A stretch of DNA of 64,000 nucleotides, taken from contig NW_021834249.1 in NCBI RefSeq assembly GCF_006345805.1, positions 1 to 64,000 of the forward strand, in the 5' to 3' direction. Made by a program: the position numbers and the translations under genes. Below the pieces are notes generated by a model that saw only the letters and a program-made list of their open reading frames with translations, ran no database searches and was not told the origin of the DNA. Positions 1-13,929 of the stretch are shown in pieces; position 1 is the first letter of the stretch, and the number at the start of each line of letters is the position of its first letter. The DNA is from Octopus sinensis (Eukaryota).

Positions 1-282
1 TGGTATCTCGTGATGTCTCTTTGCAATTCCAGCTCATTGCAGTGCCTCATGTGCGTGCATAAAGTTTGTTGTTTAACTTAAATCGTAAATATATATTTCT
101 TTATAAAGTGGATTAAAGATTAATTTTAAATAAAGACTTCTTAGAAAGAAAAACCAACTTTTTATTAAAGAGTTTGGAATTTCATTTTGTATTTTTTTAA
201 ATTGAAAAATAAAATAAAATTTGAGAAATAAAACAATTCCATAAGTGACAAAAATTTTGAATGTGTGTGTAAAAATATAATT

Positions 283-315
<33 letters not shown>

Positions 316-538
316 AATACACACACATCACATATATATATACACAGGTATTATACATCTACCTATATGCATATGTAAAGCATATTTTGTATATGTATGT
401 TTTCTTTTGTTAATGGGCAACGATGTGTAACATATTTAATATATATACACACACACACACACATTTGTATAGATGTGTGTGCGTGTGCACATGTATGTAT
501 ATATGTATATATATATTATGTGTATTTATGCGTGTATG

Positions 539-595
<57 letters not shown>

Positions 596-745
596 TATAT
601 ATATATATATATATATCATATATATATATATTATATATATATTATATTCATATATATATATATATTCATATATCATCATCATCATTTACGTCCCTTCCAT
701 GCTAGCATGGGTTGGACTAATTATATATATATATTATATATATTC

Positions 746-780
<35 letters not shown>

Positions 781-804
781 ATATATATTCATATTATATA
801 TAAC

Positions 805-850
<46 letters not shown>

Positions 851-1884
851 ATTTACACCACAATGTTATTCATTAACAAGACAACTTATTTCAAATTTTA
901 TTAATTTATATATTCAATCTTTTTTTTTTATTTATTTTAAACAAAAATGAAATTCCAAATCTCTTTACAAAAAAATGTTAGTTTCCATTTTAAAATAAAT
1001 AAATCTTTAATCTACTTTATACAAGAGTTGGGACTTCATTGTCGCCATTCCATTCTTGTCATGCCGACTGACTGACTGAATTAATATGGAACACCAATTT
1101 CATCATTTTTGTTATGTTAATTGTTGTTGTTATTGTTTATGTTGTTGTTGCTTTTGTTTTTGTTGTTGTTGCCAAGTGCAACTTAGTGAAGTTGATGATT
1201 TGGCAAAAGTAGAAAGAGTGCCTCTCTCTAGTCTTGTCTCTTGCAGTTTCTTTGTCCATCATACAATATACCTTATTTTCAAGCATAGAAGGCACACCCC
1301 AAATTTGGCAGGTCTAGTCTGTGACTCCAAATAACTGCTGCTAACTCCAAATCCTTAAGCTGAATGTCCTACACATTTTCATGCATTGAAATGATGAAAA
1401 TTTAAACTGATACCCTTTGGTAAACAGTTCTGGTAGGCTAACTTATAGTACTTAAGAATACAACATATCACTCCTGATCTTCACTGTCACCATGGTAAAA
1501 GAAACTTGTCCATGCAGTTGGACGGAACCCAGAAACATGTGGTTGGGAAGCAAATTTTTAACCACACATCCATATCCTATCATCATCATAATTATTTAAC
1601 CTCTTCCCCCTTTTTCTATGCTGGTTGGGTTGGATGGTTTGACATGGACAAGCAAAAGAGCTGTGTCAAGCTTTATTGCCTACTTTGGCTTCTGCTGCTT
1701 GATGGCCTTCCTAAAACCAACCTTAGAGTGGATTGGCTGCTTTTTTTCATAGCATCAACACAGGTTGAGTACTTGCAAGACAAGACCTCTCGACAGAGTG
1801 GGGTATAGCACTGAGGGATAAGGAACTAAAATTGAGGGACAGGAGTAGGTATCTTGCAGAACTGAATCTGTGGCTTGCATATCT

Positions 1885-2114
1885 ATTTCTTTACTACCCA
1901 CAAGGGGCTAAACACAGAGAGGACAAACAAGGACAGACAAACGGATTAAGTCGATTATATCGACCCCAGTGCGTAACTGGTACTTATTTAATCGACCCTG
2001 AAAGGATGAAAGGTAACGTCAACCTCGGCGGAATTTGAACTCAGAACGTAACGGCAGACAAAATACGGCTAAGCATTTCGTCCAGCGTGCTAACGTTTCT
2101 GCCAGCTCGCCACC
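1885..2114 (-). mobile_element. tRNA-derived SINE, family A (about 230 bp), full length
   Basis: Reverse complement of GGCGGCGAGCTGGCAGAA...CATCCTTTCGGGGTCGATAAATTAAGTACCAGT...GTAAAGAAATA; 10-bp TSD TTGCATATCT at 1875-1884 and 2115-2124; many near-identical copies in the window. Confidence 0.9.
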
Positions 2115-2643
2115 TTGCATATCTCAAAAGAGAGAGATAGAGAGAATGAATAGAAGAGAGAGAAGAACAAAAAAGATGTATGTGTGGATAAGTGTACTAG
2201 AATGAAAATAGTGTAACAAATGATTAGAGATAAGGAAAGAGTTAGTCCAGAGAGGAAGAGAAGCAAGGAAACAAGATATACATCACTACATCATTGCACT
2301 AGATTAGGTTTAAGTATAACCAACATCACAACTAAATCTCAAAGTTGTTTATCGCTCTCTTCTCTTCAATCCATCTCCATTACATAAAACTATTTACAAT
2401 GACAATATCAGCAACAACACAACAACAACAACACAAACAACAACACCAACAGCAATCATCTTCCCCCCTCCCCCTGCCTCTCCTAATTTTCTTGTTCAGT
2501 ATGTAACCTCATTAATCTTCTAAAAAGTTTCAAATGATTTACATAATGCTAATGTATTTTGTTGAAATTTTAGTTCAAATGTATCATAGACGTATTTATT
2601 TCAAAAAAGATAAACCCTGCGCATTTATGCATATGTGTGTGTA

Positions 2644-2694
<51 letters not shown>

Positions 2695-2784
2695 AGTATT
2701 TGTGTGTATATACACGTGTGCATTCATATATTTGAGCATCTGTTTGCATTTGCATGAAATATATATATTTGTACATTGTATACA

Positions 2785-2817
<33 letters not shown>

Positions 2818-2938
2818 GTATATATACATACATATATTCACTTATATACATATATATATGTGTGTATATTTATGCATGTTTATAAATGCATATATATGCA
2901 TACACACACACACACACACACCACACATATATATATAC

Positions 2939-2975
<37 letters not shown>

Positions 2976-2993
2976 ATATTATATATATATATA

Positions 2994-3061
<68 letters not shown>

Positions 3062-3214
3062 GTATGTATATATAACATACACAATGTAGGTTTATAATGC
3101 TCAGCCATATTCAGTGACGGTTATAGTTCTCCTTGTTGGTACACATTTGCTTACTGATGCCTAAATAAATTACAATTCTCAGAAGGCTCTATTAGAAACA
3201 GTTGCTACTTGCTG

Positions 3215-3600
3215 TTAATGCGTGGATGACTTAATCAGAAGTGGTGGGAGAGGGGGTGGACTGGGAGCAAAGCGGTCAAAATTTCTCGTAGAATACCCTT
3301 TTCCAAGTGAAGGTATGTGTCCTTGTGTTGTAGTCTTAGTCAGCCTATACAACATGGGATACTTCCTGCAGTCATGTTTATTCATAGGGCCAGTTTCCCA
3401 GGTTTTGTGGCACATATATTCACCCTCGCCATGGGACAGGGTGCCAGTCTGTCGCAGGATTGCTCATTTTTGCCAGCTGAGTAGACTTGAGCAATGTGAA
3501 ATAAAATATTTTGCTCAAGAACACAACATGTCTACCAATCCAAGAATCGAAATCACAGCCTTAGGATCACGAGTCCCAACTACTAGGCCACATGCTATCA
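3215..3600 (-). mobile_element. Degenerate tRNA-headed SINE with V-domain-like core
   Basis: Minus strand has a tRNA-like head (GTGGCCTAGTAGTT...GATTTCGATTC) then CCTGCGACAGACTGGCACCCTGTCC, resembling the V-SINE core; a similar core lies near 43925-43990. Confidence 0.55.
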
Positions 3601-4049
3601 CACTTACACATCATGGAGACCAGGTAAATCTTATGAGTCCTTGGACTCAAGATTCCTTGGACTCATGGCTGACACTTTCCTATGTAACTGTGCAATGGGA
3701 TTGAATCCAGAACTATGGGACAGTGAAGTGAATTTCTTAACTACACAGTCAAAAGAAGCAGAATAAGAGATATTTGGGAGCTAATAATCACCCTCTCTAA
3801 TTCCTTCTTTCACAGTTAATCACTTTCTGCAGACATTCATATGTTAGTCATTGAAGAAGATTTATTTTCTTACATAAATTCTTAAATTCTTCAGTCTTGG
3901 AAATCGAAATATCTTTGTGACAGTGATTAGTTCTTTGAACACACCACACCACCACACCACCCTCCCCTCTCAAAGATTTTAAAGTTTTTCTGTTAATCAG
4001 TTATTTAAATAGATGTGTAATTATATTCATGCATACATGCATCCATACG

Positions 4050-4105
<56 letters not shown>

Positions 4106-4183
4106 GGGTGTGTATGTGTGTATATATATATATATATTTATATATAAATATATATATGTGTGTGTGTGTATATATATGGACAT

Positions 4184-4412
4184 GCGCCGAGCTGGCAGAA
4201 ATGTTAGCACGCCGGGCGAAATGCATAGCCATATTTCGTCTGCCGTTACTTCTGGGTTCAAATTCTGCCGAGGTCGACTTTGCCTTTCATCCTTTCGGGG
4301 TCGATAAATTAAGTACCAGTTACACACTGGGTTCGATGTAATCGACTTAATCTGTTTGTCTGTCCTTGTTTGTCCCCTCGGTGTTTAGCCCCTTGTGGGT
4401 AGTAAAGAAATA
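4184..4412 (+). mobile_element. SINE family A copy
   Basis: Same consensus as 1885-2114; its tail TA abuts the mariner at 4415. Confidence 0.9.
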
Positions 4413-4414
4413 TA

Positions 4415-5288
4415 CAGGGCGCAGCAGCAAAATGATCTGACGTATTTGCAGGTTTAATAAAAGCAAAATAGAGCAAAAAATGAAAAATGGTGTCTTCATT
4501 TTGAAAATGTACATATAATACCATTTTGTTTCAATTGGTTTTTAAAGATTAAATCAGTCATGTCGATGCTGTTGCTGTCCACACTGTCGAAAGCGTTCGT
4601 GAAAGTTGTCCATAACTTGACGGGTCATTTCATGTGGAATGGCAGCAATTTCTTGATGAATGGTATCTTTTAATTGTTCAATTGATTGAGATTGATGAGT
4701 GTATACCTTTGATTTCAGGTATCCCCACAGAAAAAATATCACACGGGTTCAAAACAGGTGATCAGGCAAGCCAATGAGATAAAACAACCGGGGAACATCT
4801 CCCTCAAAATCCCTGTCACATGTCGAGAAGTGTGGGCCGTTGCTCCATTCTGCTGGAACCAAACATTGTCCCTATCGTCAAGTTCATTCCATTGAGGTTT
4901 CAGAAATGTCTCTAGCATCACACAATATCGATTAGAGTTCACAGTCACTGTAACATTGTCTTCTTTGAAGAAGTACAGACCCCCAAATGCCAAATGCCAA
5001 ATTCTAAAGCTGCAGAATTTCAAGTAGGTACAGGGTCATGTCTACCAAGCCTGAAGTGCACACAGAGCACTCTTTGTGTTGCAGTTACAGATTTGTTGTT
5101 CTTGATAAATGTTTTTGCAGTGAAGCACCATGTCCAATTGTTGTTGGCATCTGAAAACAAATTGAAACAAGACATCACAAACGGTACCAATTGAAACAAA
5201 ATGGCATTTTATGTACTTTTTGAAAATAAAAACACTTTTTTCGTTCTTTACTCTATTCTACTTTTATTAAGCCTACAAATGCGTCAGA
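4415..5288 (-). mobile_element. Internally deleted Tc1/mariner transposon (rosa/DD41D-like) with long TIRs; transposase pseudogene
   Basis: Starts TA|CAGGG; imperfect inverted repeats at about 4415-4539 and 5186-5288; minus-strand peptides WFQQNGATAHTSR, SPVLNPCD, FFLWGYLKSKVY and N-terminal TFIKNNKSVTATQR...HFRLGRHDPVPT; frameshifts and stops. Confidence 0.88.
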
Positions 5289-5470
5289 AAAGAAAATTTT
5301 AGTGGCATTTTATTTGTCCATATGTCCTGCTTCCAAATTTCCTCGAGGTTAACTTTGCCTTTCATCTTTCGGGCTTGATGAAATAAGTACCAGTTAAATA
5401 CTGGAGTCGATGTAATTGACTTAATCTCCTTCCTTCCAACATTCCAAGCCTTGTGCTGTAAGTAGAAAAG

Positions 5471-5503
<33 letters not shown>

Positions 5504-5533
5504 TTCTTGCACTTTATACTTTGTAAATGATCA

Positions 5534-5535
<2 letters not shown>

Positions 5536-5568
<33 letters not shown>

Positions 5569-6235
5569 ATTTGGCTCAAAAGCATAGTAAAGGCCATGTA
5601 GGGGGACATGGAGTTAAGTACAGGGTGGTGTTCATGTAAAGAGTTCAGGCCACTTGAGGTCCAGGGAGGCTTGAACAAAGCGGTCGTCGGCATCTTCACC
5701 ATCTCGTCTGGCAGCTTGTTCACGGATCCGCAACCCGGACGGAAAAGCTCCTCTCCTTCGATTGAGATGAAATCGTCGCAGGTAGAGCTTTTCGGAATGA
5801 CCCCGCAGCCGATGCTCCAGAGCAGGAGTGAAGAACAGCTCTTTCGAGAGGTTACACTTCCCGCTTATGATGTTGTGGCGAGAATGAGATCACCACGGCG
5901 GCGGCGTTTTTCAAGAGAACAAAGGTCGAGCGTCCTCAGCCTTTCTTCGTAGGACAAATTTTTGAGACCATGAACCATGCGGGTAGCCAGCCCTGGACTC
6001 TTTTGAGGTGCTGTATGTCTTGAGGAGATAAGGAGAAGAGGCTTGAATCCCATACTCCAATATGGGTCTCACCAGAGTGACATAGAGTGGCAGGAATATG
6101 GCTGCTGTGAGCATTCTCTGAATGACCGTCGAATCAAAAAAATTCCGCGCGCTTTGTTGGCAGCATGGACGCACTGGGCCGAAGGCGAAAAGGAGGAATC
6201 CACCAAGATACCCAGGTCCTTTACCTGATCGGTCC
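5536..6235 (-). mobile_element. 5'-truncated CR1-clade LINE (RT C-terminus, 3' UTR, (AACT)n tail)
   Basis: LYVTLVRPILEYGIQASSPYL and LATRMVHGLKNLSYEERLRTLDLCSLEKRRRRGDLI (frameshifted); tail appears as (AGTT)n at about 5536-5570. Confidence 0.9.
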
Positions 6236-6344
6236 TCTCCAGTTGTGATAGTAGTGGTGGAAGTGGTGATGATTGTGGTGGTGGCGGTTGGTGCTGTTGT
6301 CATCAGTATAGTGGTATTGCTGTTGTCATCAGTATAGTGGTATA

Positions 6345-6574
6345 GGCGGCGAGCTGGCAGAAACGTTAGCACGCCGGGCGAAATGCTTAGCGGTATTTCG
6401 TCTGCGTTACGTTGTGAGTTCAAATTCCGCCGAGGTTGACTTTGCCTTTCATCCTTTCGGGGTCGATAAATTAAGTACCAGTTATGCACTGGGATCGATG
6501 TAATCGACTTAATACCTATGTCTGTCCTTGTTTGTCCCCTCTGTGTTTATCCCCTTGTGGGTAATAAAGAAATA
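6345..6574 (+). mobile_element. SINE family A copy
   Basis: Full consensus from GGCGGCGAGCTGG to TAAAGAAATA. Confidence 0.9.
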
Positions 6575-7059
6575 GGTATTGGTGGTAGTGAATATAGTGG
6601 TGTGTGTTTGGTGTTAGTACATGTCATAGCAGGCTTTACACAACAGGGAGTACTTGCAACAGCATTCACTCGACGTGGGTTGAGCCGATTCCGACCAATG
6701 TGTTCATGTTCAGAGTTTCGGTGGGAATACAAGTTCACGTGTGGTTCCCGGTCACATGCATACACACTTTGGGTTAGTGTGATGCATAGCAGCTTATCTT
6801 GCCATCGACTGCCAACCATTGCAGACCATTCAATGACCAAGTCACCACCGCTCACCGAAACTGACGTAGCCTGCGATTGAAGTGAGTTCCAGTGACATGC
6901 TTTTACAAAAGCTAAGGGGTGCCTCGCTCCCCGTGGTCTTCCAGCATGTCAGACAACAACCCAGAATCTCTGATGGTCCATGCTACACATAGTGTCTACT
7001 AATTGTGATAGTTATTATATTAGTTGTTGTAGCGGTGGTGTTAGTGGTAGTGTTACAAC

Positions 7060-7402
7060 ACATCATCATCATCATCATCATCATCATCGTTTAACGTCCG
7101 TTCTCCATGCTAGCATGGGTTGGATGGTTCGACCGGGGATCTGGGAAGCCAGAAGGCTGCACCAGGCTCCGGTCTTATCTGGCAGTGTTTCTACAGCTGG
7201 ATGCCTTTCCTAACACCAACCACTCCGTGAGTGTAGTGGGTGCTTTTTACGTGCCACCTGCACTGGTGCCAGGCAAGGCTGGCATCGGCCACGGTCAGAT
7301 TGGTGCATTTTACGTGCCACCTGCACGGAAGCCAGTCGAGGCGGCACTGGCTTTGGCCACGATTCGGATGGTGCTTTTTACGTGCCACCGACACGGAAGC
7401 CA
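7060..7402 (-). mobile_element. Family B SINE-like element ((GAT)n tail, internal ~60-bp tandem repeats)
   Basis: CATCATCGTTTAACGTCCG...CCATGCTAGCATGGGTTGG plus 3 copies of TTTTACGTGCCACC; recurs about 10 times in the window. Confidence 0.85.
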
Positions 7403-8168
7403 TATCATCATAAAAGTAGTCCCGATAACATACATAATGTTGGTGTATGTAGTATAGGTGGTAGACATAGTGGTAGTGTAAGCATTGAATACAGTGTTAT
7501 TACACTGCATTGTAGAAGTGGTTGCACCACCACTAGCATTTTGCTGTAGAATATAATCATCGTTTGGCCTCTACACTCTCTACCTATCTACCTCTTTTTC
7601 CATCACACACATACACACTTCTCTAACTCTCTCTCTCTCTGCTTCCCCTCCTCACACCATTCCCCCTTCCTATTTGTTCCTCCTTTCCTGGGTTTTTTTT
7701 CTTTTCTCTTTCTTTCCTTCTTTCTATATTTTGTATTGTTTGTTGTTTATATTAAAAGCAATTTGCTAATTTTCTGTCTCAAATATAAGAAGCTTATACA
7801 AATATACACACACGCAAACGCACAGACTCATTCACTTGCATACATTCACTCACACACTCACAGATGCATACATATATATATAGTTACATATATGTATGTA
7901 TATCTATCTATCTAGCTATCTATCTATCTATCTATCTATATATATATATATATATATGTATGTATATACACATGCACATACACCCACATATGCAGACACA
8001 CATATGTCTATAAATTCATACATATATAGGTATATCTACAAGTATATATACGTATGTATATGTACATATATATATATGCATACATACAAATATATGCACA
8101 TTTATATATATGTATATATGTGTGAGTGTGTGTATATATGCATGTATTGTATATATACATATATATAT

Positions 8169-8208
<40 letters not shown>

Positions 8209-8235
8209 TTATATGTATATGTATATATATGTATA

Positions 8236-8330
<95 letters not shown>

Positions 8331-8942
8331 ATATATATACATGTATATATATACATGTATATATATATATAGATAGATAGATAGATATATAGATATACAG
8401 ATACATACACACACTCATACATACACACATATATACATCTGTATATGCTCTAGTTAAATCTTTCTACAAATTAACAATAATAGAGTATTACAAGAACAAT
8501 AGCAACAACAACGATGATGAAGATGAGATGATGATGATGATGAAATTTCCATGTGTCGTATAATTTTCTCCCCTCTACTTCCCCTCTGATGGTGAGAGAT
8601 GATAAAAAAAGATGATAAAAAATTTTCATTTTGTTTTTAACTTATATGTTTTTTATTTCAATTTTGCTTGTTTCTATTATTTGTTCTTGTTGTTGTCTTG
8701 TTATATATTTTTTTACATTTTGCATTATTGGGTTTTTTTTCCCCAAAAATCTCATCTTAAAAATAAGATTATTTATTTTCTAAATTTTCCTTGTTGACTA
8801 TCATATATCCGTGTGTGTGTATACATACATACATACATATATATATATACACACACATACATATATATCTGTGTATATATGTGTGTGTAATGAATATATA
8901 CATAGATATACATGTATACACATATACACACATATATATTTG

Positions 8943-8977
<35 letters not shown>

Positions 8978-9299
8978 AATATATATATATTTAACTTAAC
9001 AAAAGCACCAATGACATCAATGATGACAATAATTTGAAAAGAAAATCAAGAAAAGCAAACAAAAATACGTACAACAAATATATATAACAACAACAACAAC
9101 AACATTAATGACAATCATGACAAAGAGATATTTCATAATAAAGGAAAGGGTAAGTGTGTGTGTGTGTGTGTGCTTTGACAACAACATTTGAGCATTTTAG
9201 CTCTTATTTCTAGCAATGTAGGTGTTCCTAACACCTTGGTCATATTTAGTGACAATTATAGTTTTCCTTTTTGGTAACACATTGCAAGCTACTGTCATT

Positions 9300-9730
9300 A
9301 TCATCATCATCATCATCATCATCATCATCGTTTAACGTCCGCTTTCCTTGCTAGCATGGGTTGAACGATTTTGGCCAAGGGCTGACGAACCAGATGGCTG
9401 CACCAGGCTCCAATCTCGATCTGGCAGGGTTTCTACAGCTGGATGCCCTTCCTAACCCCAACCACTCCGAGAGTGTAGTGGGTGCTTTTTACATGCCACC
9501 GGCATGGGGGCCAGTCAGGCGATACTGGCAATGACCTCGCTCGAATCTTTTTACACATGCCAGTGAAGCGACATTGGTAACGGTCATGCTCGAATGGTGC
9601 CCTTTTATGTGCCACGGGTACGGAAGCCAGTTGGCTGCTCTGGCAACGATCATGCTCGGATGGTGCTCTCGGCACCCTACTAGCACAGGCACAAGTGCCA
9701 GTAAGGCGATGCTGGTAACGATCATACTCG
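9300..9730 (-). mobile_element. Family B element
   Basis: Same tail and internal repeats as 7060-7402. Confidence 0.85.
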
Positions 9731-9839
9731 ACATTAATTTTCTTTATACACATTAGTAAGTCACTATATATATATATATATATATACAGGGAGAGAGACA
9801 GAGAGAGAGAGAGATCCACATAGATAAATGTAAATATAG

Positions 9840-10005
9840 GTAGCAGGTATGGTTGTGTGATTAAGAAGTTTGTTATCCCTACATAATTTTAGGGTCAGTT
9901 ATACCACTTGAGCAAATATCCTCTACTCTAGCCTTGAGCTGACCAAAGTCTTGTGAATGAGTTTGGCAGATGGAAACTGAAAGAAATCTATCGTGTGTGT
10001 GTATG
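9840..10005 (+). mobile_element. Degenerate family C SINE (5' half)
   Basis: Decayed match to the GGCGCAGGAGTGGCTGTGTGGTAAG...GGAAACTGAAAGAAGCC head. Confidence 0.6.
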
Positions 10006-10219
10006 TGTGTGTCGTATATGAATGCATGTGTGTAGAAAGCAAATTGCAACAGGAGGAATTGTTTTTAAAATGCTTAATTACACCATCGTATGGATGATAC
10101 ATGAACACAGAATGACCATTAGCTGCATGATTAAATTTTGTAATCAAATTACATTGTCTAATCATCAAAGACATGTAACCTCCATTGCTAAGATTACTGA
10201 ATCAGTAACAACTGCTTAC

Positions 10220-10277
10220 CAATGATGGCAAAACGGTCACTAATCCAGTAATAAGTATGAATGAATGTTACATGTCT
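10220..10277 (-). CDS. Candidate 58-nt exon
   Basis: ctttgtgaaatcctcag|AGACATG...CATCATTG|gtaagc; phase-0 frame reads RHVTFIHTYYWISDRFAII. Confidence 0.25.
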
Positions 10278-10714
10278 CTGAGGATTTCACAAAGAAATTT
10301 GATTATATAATTTACGCTATGAGGCAAAGAACCTTTCTTTGTTAAGGAAATGTATGTAAGATGATGTAACTAAATGATTATTTATAAACAAACCCTCCTC
10401 TTTTGTTTTATTTGTATATGTACTCTGGGATATTGGCAACAGGGATCCTAGCAAGAAAGACATGGACTGTTCTATGAGTCCTTCACATGGAATCTTTTGA
10501 GATGCATGACAAAACATAGAGATCTAATTGCTAGTCATTTGTGATACTATTTAAATTTTAAGTTACGTTGTATACACATATATATATATACATTTATGTT
10601 TGTATAAACATGTGCATATAAATGCACTCATATATTTATATATGTATGGGTGTGTGTGTGTTTATATCTGAATCCATATATACATACATACATATCTAAA
10701 TATATATATATATA

Positions 10715-11050
10715 TCATCATCATCGTTTAACGTCCGTTTTTCCATGCTAGCATGGGTTGGATGGTTTGACCAGGGTCTGGGAAGCCTGGCAGTTGCACC
10801 AGGCTCCAGTCTGATCTGGCAGTGTTTCTGCAGGTGGATGTCCTTCCTAATGCCAACCACTCCGTGAGTGTAGTGGGTCCTTTTTATGTGCCACCAGCAC
10901 AGGGGCCAGAGGTGGCTGGTAACGGCCACGATCGGTTGGTGCTTTTTATTTGCCACCGGCACGGAAGCCAGTCAAGGTGGTGCTGGCATCAGCCACATTC
11001 AGATGGAGCTTTTTACGTGCCACCAGCACGAGTATCACAACTGCAATTTC
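10715..11050 (-). mobile_element. Family B element
   Basis: Same consensus. Confidence 0.85.
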
Positions 11051-11377
11051 CATTTGATACATATATATATATACATACACAAACACTCACATATATATAT
11101 TATATACATGTATGGATCTATGCATAAAGGTTGACAGTAATTTCAAAGTTTTGGGTTATTAAATAAAATGTAATAAATATACTCACCTAAAATGTATTGA
11201 GTAATATTTCAGCTTAATGTTAAGTTGTTTATATATATAACCTGGATATAAAACCACCAGCACTGGTTGTCAAGTGGTGGTGGTGGTGAGGAGACAAACA
11301 TGCACACATACACATGCATTTGTATGTGTGTGTGTGTAAATAAAATAAAGATAAAATAAAATAAAATAATATATATA

Positions 11378-11568
11378 TAGGGAGAGTTTATGAAAAAAAA
11401 CAAAAGACGAAGATAGGTGGTCAATAAAACAAACAGATGTATTAGTATGATGCTCAGGAATAGAAAAAGTCTTTTACGTTTCGAGCCTACGCTCTTTGAC
11501 GGAAAGATACACAGAAAAAATAAGGAGAGAAAAAAAATGTGTGTAGTGGCTAACGATCTATCTTGGCA
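11378..11568 (-). mobile_element. Penelope-like/retrozyme-like relic carrying a minimal hammerhead motif
   Basis: Inverted homolog of 18644-18840; contains GAGC-GTAG-GCTC-GAAACGTA on the minus strand. Confidence 0.6.
11470..11507 (-). ncRNA. Minimal type-I hammerhead-ribozyme-like motif (variant core)
   Basis: UCUUU / CCGUCAAA / GAGC-GUAG-GCUC / GAAAC-GUA / AAAGA. Confidence 0.5.
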
Positions 11569-11587
11569 ATTATATATATATATATAT

Positions 11588-11750
11588 TATGATGGACTTC
11601 TTTCAGTTTCTGTCTCCCAAATCCACTCACAAGGCTTTGGTCAGCTCAGGGTTATAGTGGGAGACACTTGTCCAAGGTGCCACACATTGGAACTGAGCTC
11701 AGAACCTTTTGGTTGGGAAACAAGCTTCTTACCGCACAGTCATGCCTGTG
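11588..11750 (-). mobile_element. Family C SINE 5' half
   Basis: Reverse complement of the family C head. Confidence 0.7.
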
Positions 11751-12144
11751 CTTACATGCGCACACACACACACATGTGCACACACACACTCCGCATGCAC
11801 ACACACACACACACATTGAATTAATATACTCATATATTAAAAGCTGAAGGCTCTTGAATTGCAACTCTGAGTATTTCTTCTGTGACTGACCAAATAGTTG
11901 GTACATGATAGCAGTGTGACCAAAATATAATTTGAAATGTATCTATCACTCTCTCACTCCTTCTATTTTACTTCTTTCTCTTCCTCCCCCTCTCTTTCTG
12001 TGTGTCTCTATGTCATTGCCTCTCTTTCATTCCTCTTCCTCTTATTTTTCCAAGCAGATTATAGAAACACTTAGTGTGGGCTGGATTAGTTAATCAGTTA
12101 GAAAAGATTATTGAGATAAAGATCAACTACTAAAAATAGTCGTA

Positions 12145-12184
<40 letters not shown>

Positions 12185-12419
12185 TATACATACATATCTA
12201 TATATACACACATATATACATATATATATATATACATATATACATATATATATATATACACACATATATACATATATATATATATATATGAACATATATA
12301 CATAGATATGTGTGTGTGTATGTATATATATGTATGCATATATATCTATATCTATCTATCTCTATCTATTTATTTATATATATATATAAACACACACACA
12401 ATATATAATATATATGCAT

Positions 12420-12655
12420 AAAGGCACATGGCTTAGTGGTTAGGATGTTGCACTCACGATTGTGAGATCATGGGTTCACTTCTCAGACTGGGCATTGCAT
12501 TGTGCTCTTGAGCAAAGCACCTCTTTTCACGTTGCTCTACATTCATTTCTTCACCTGATATGTGGTACACAGTACACCTGTACAGGTAATGTTGATTTGA
12601 TAGAGGGAGTGAGCTTATGTGTACACAAACATTTGATCCCTATAAATAAATGTGT
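12420..12655 (+). mobile_element. tRNA-headed SINE (family E-type head)
   Basis: AAGGCACATGGCTTAGTGGTTAGG...GGTTCACTTC (A/B-box-like); homolog at 19225-19485. Confidence 0.7.
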
Positions 12656-12733
12656 GTGTGTATGAGGTGGTGGGTTTCGAAATTAGAAACCCACTACCTC
12701 ATTTGAAAAAGACTTTTCTGAGCATATATACGT

Positions 12734-12772
<39 letters not shown>

Positions 12773-12777
12773 TATAT

Positions 12778-12850
<73 letters not shown>

Positions 12851-12930
12851 TATATATATTATAATAATATACATACATATATATATACATATATATATAT
12901 ACATACATACATATATATACATATAATATA

Positions 12931-13050
<120 letters not shown>

Positions 13051-13562
13051 GTATATACACGTGTGTGTGTGTATAGTGGGGTGTGATCTGTTTTTTAATG
13101 AGTGTGCATTTGGATGTATGTGCACATAAAGGTATAAGCTTATATCTATTTGTCTGTCTGTCTGTCTATTCAGGGATAGATAGGCAGCTATAACTAATAC
13201 ATGTACACACATGCTTACATAGAGAAAACAACATGTGTACAAAAGGGAAAGAGAGAGACAGAGAGAGGAAGAGAGAAAGGGAGTGAGAAAGAGACAATAT
13301 TATTATCTTCAAGCTAAGGCAAACATGAAAAAATCAAAAATTCAATTTTGGAATCTGCTTTATTTACCATTATTGTCATCATCCTTCTTCATCCCACCTT
13401 CCTCGCTATCATTCATCATCACCATCATCATCATCACCATCAGAGACAGAGACATCACTATCATCATCCCATCACAATATTCAGAGACATCTGTGCCATA
13501 ATTCTCTTATTTCTTCTTGTACTTCACTATCTTCCAAGATTGGTTGCCTGCTACCCATTTAA

Positions 13563-13783
13563 CCCTTTCGTTACCAACCCGGCTGGAACCGGCTCTGGCT
13601 CTTTAGTATAAATGTCTTGTTTTCATAAGTTTTGAATTCAAATCTTCCACCAAATCTTAGTCACAATTTATGTTCCTAACACTAGCTCAATGATAACGAT
13701 GCTATTTTACTAAATTCTTTGTTATATTTAAAATAATTGGAAAAAACACAGAGCATCTCAAAATAAATACAGTAACGAAAGTG
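13563..13783. mobile_element. piggyBac-type MITE (221 bp)
   Basis: TTAA at 13559-13562 and 13784-13787; TIR CCCTTTCGTTAC / GTAACGAAAGTG; inverted copy at 43581-43800. Confidence 0.9.
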
Positions 13784-13929
13784 TTAAACATGACATATAA
13801 AAGAACATACAAAGATATGTCACAGTATTTTCCTGGTATATATGATTTTGTTATTGATTTATAAAGAAATGTACCAGTGATATACTGGAAGCCTTAATAC
13901 TGGGTGTTCATATCTTTGCAGCTTCTGCA

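Noticed and set aside
3222-3704. 160-aa ORF
   Set aside because: Antisense reading of a decayed SINE; no protein motif
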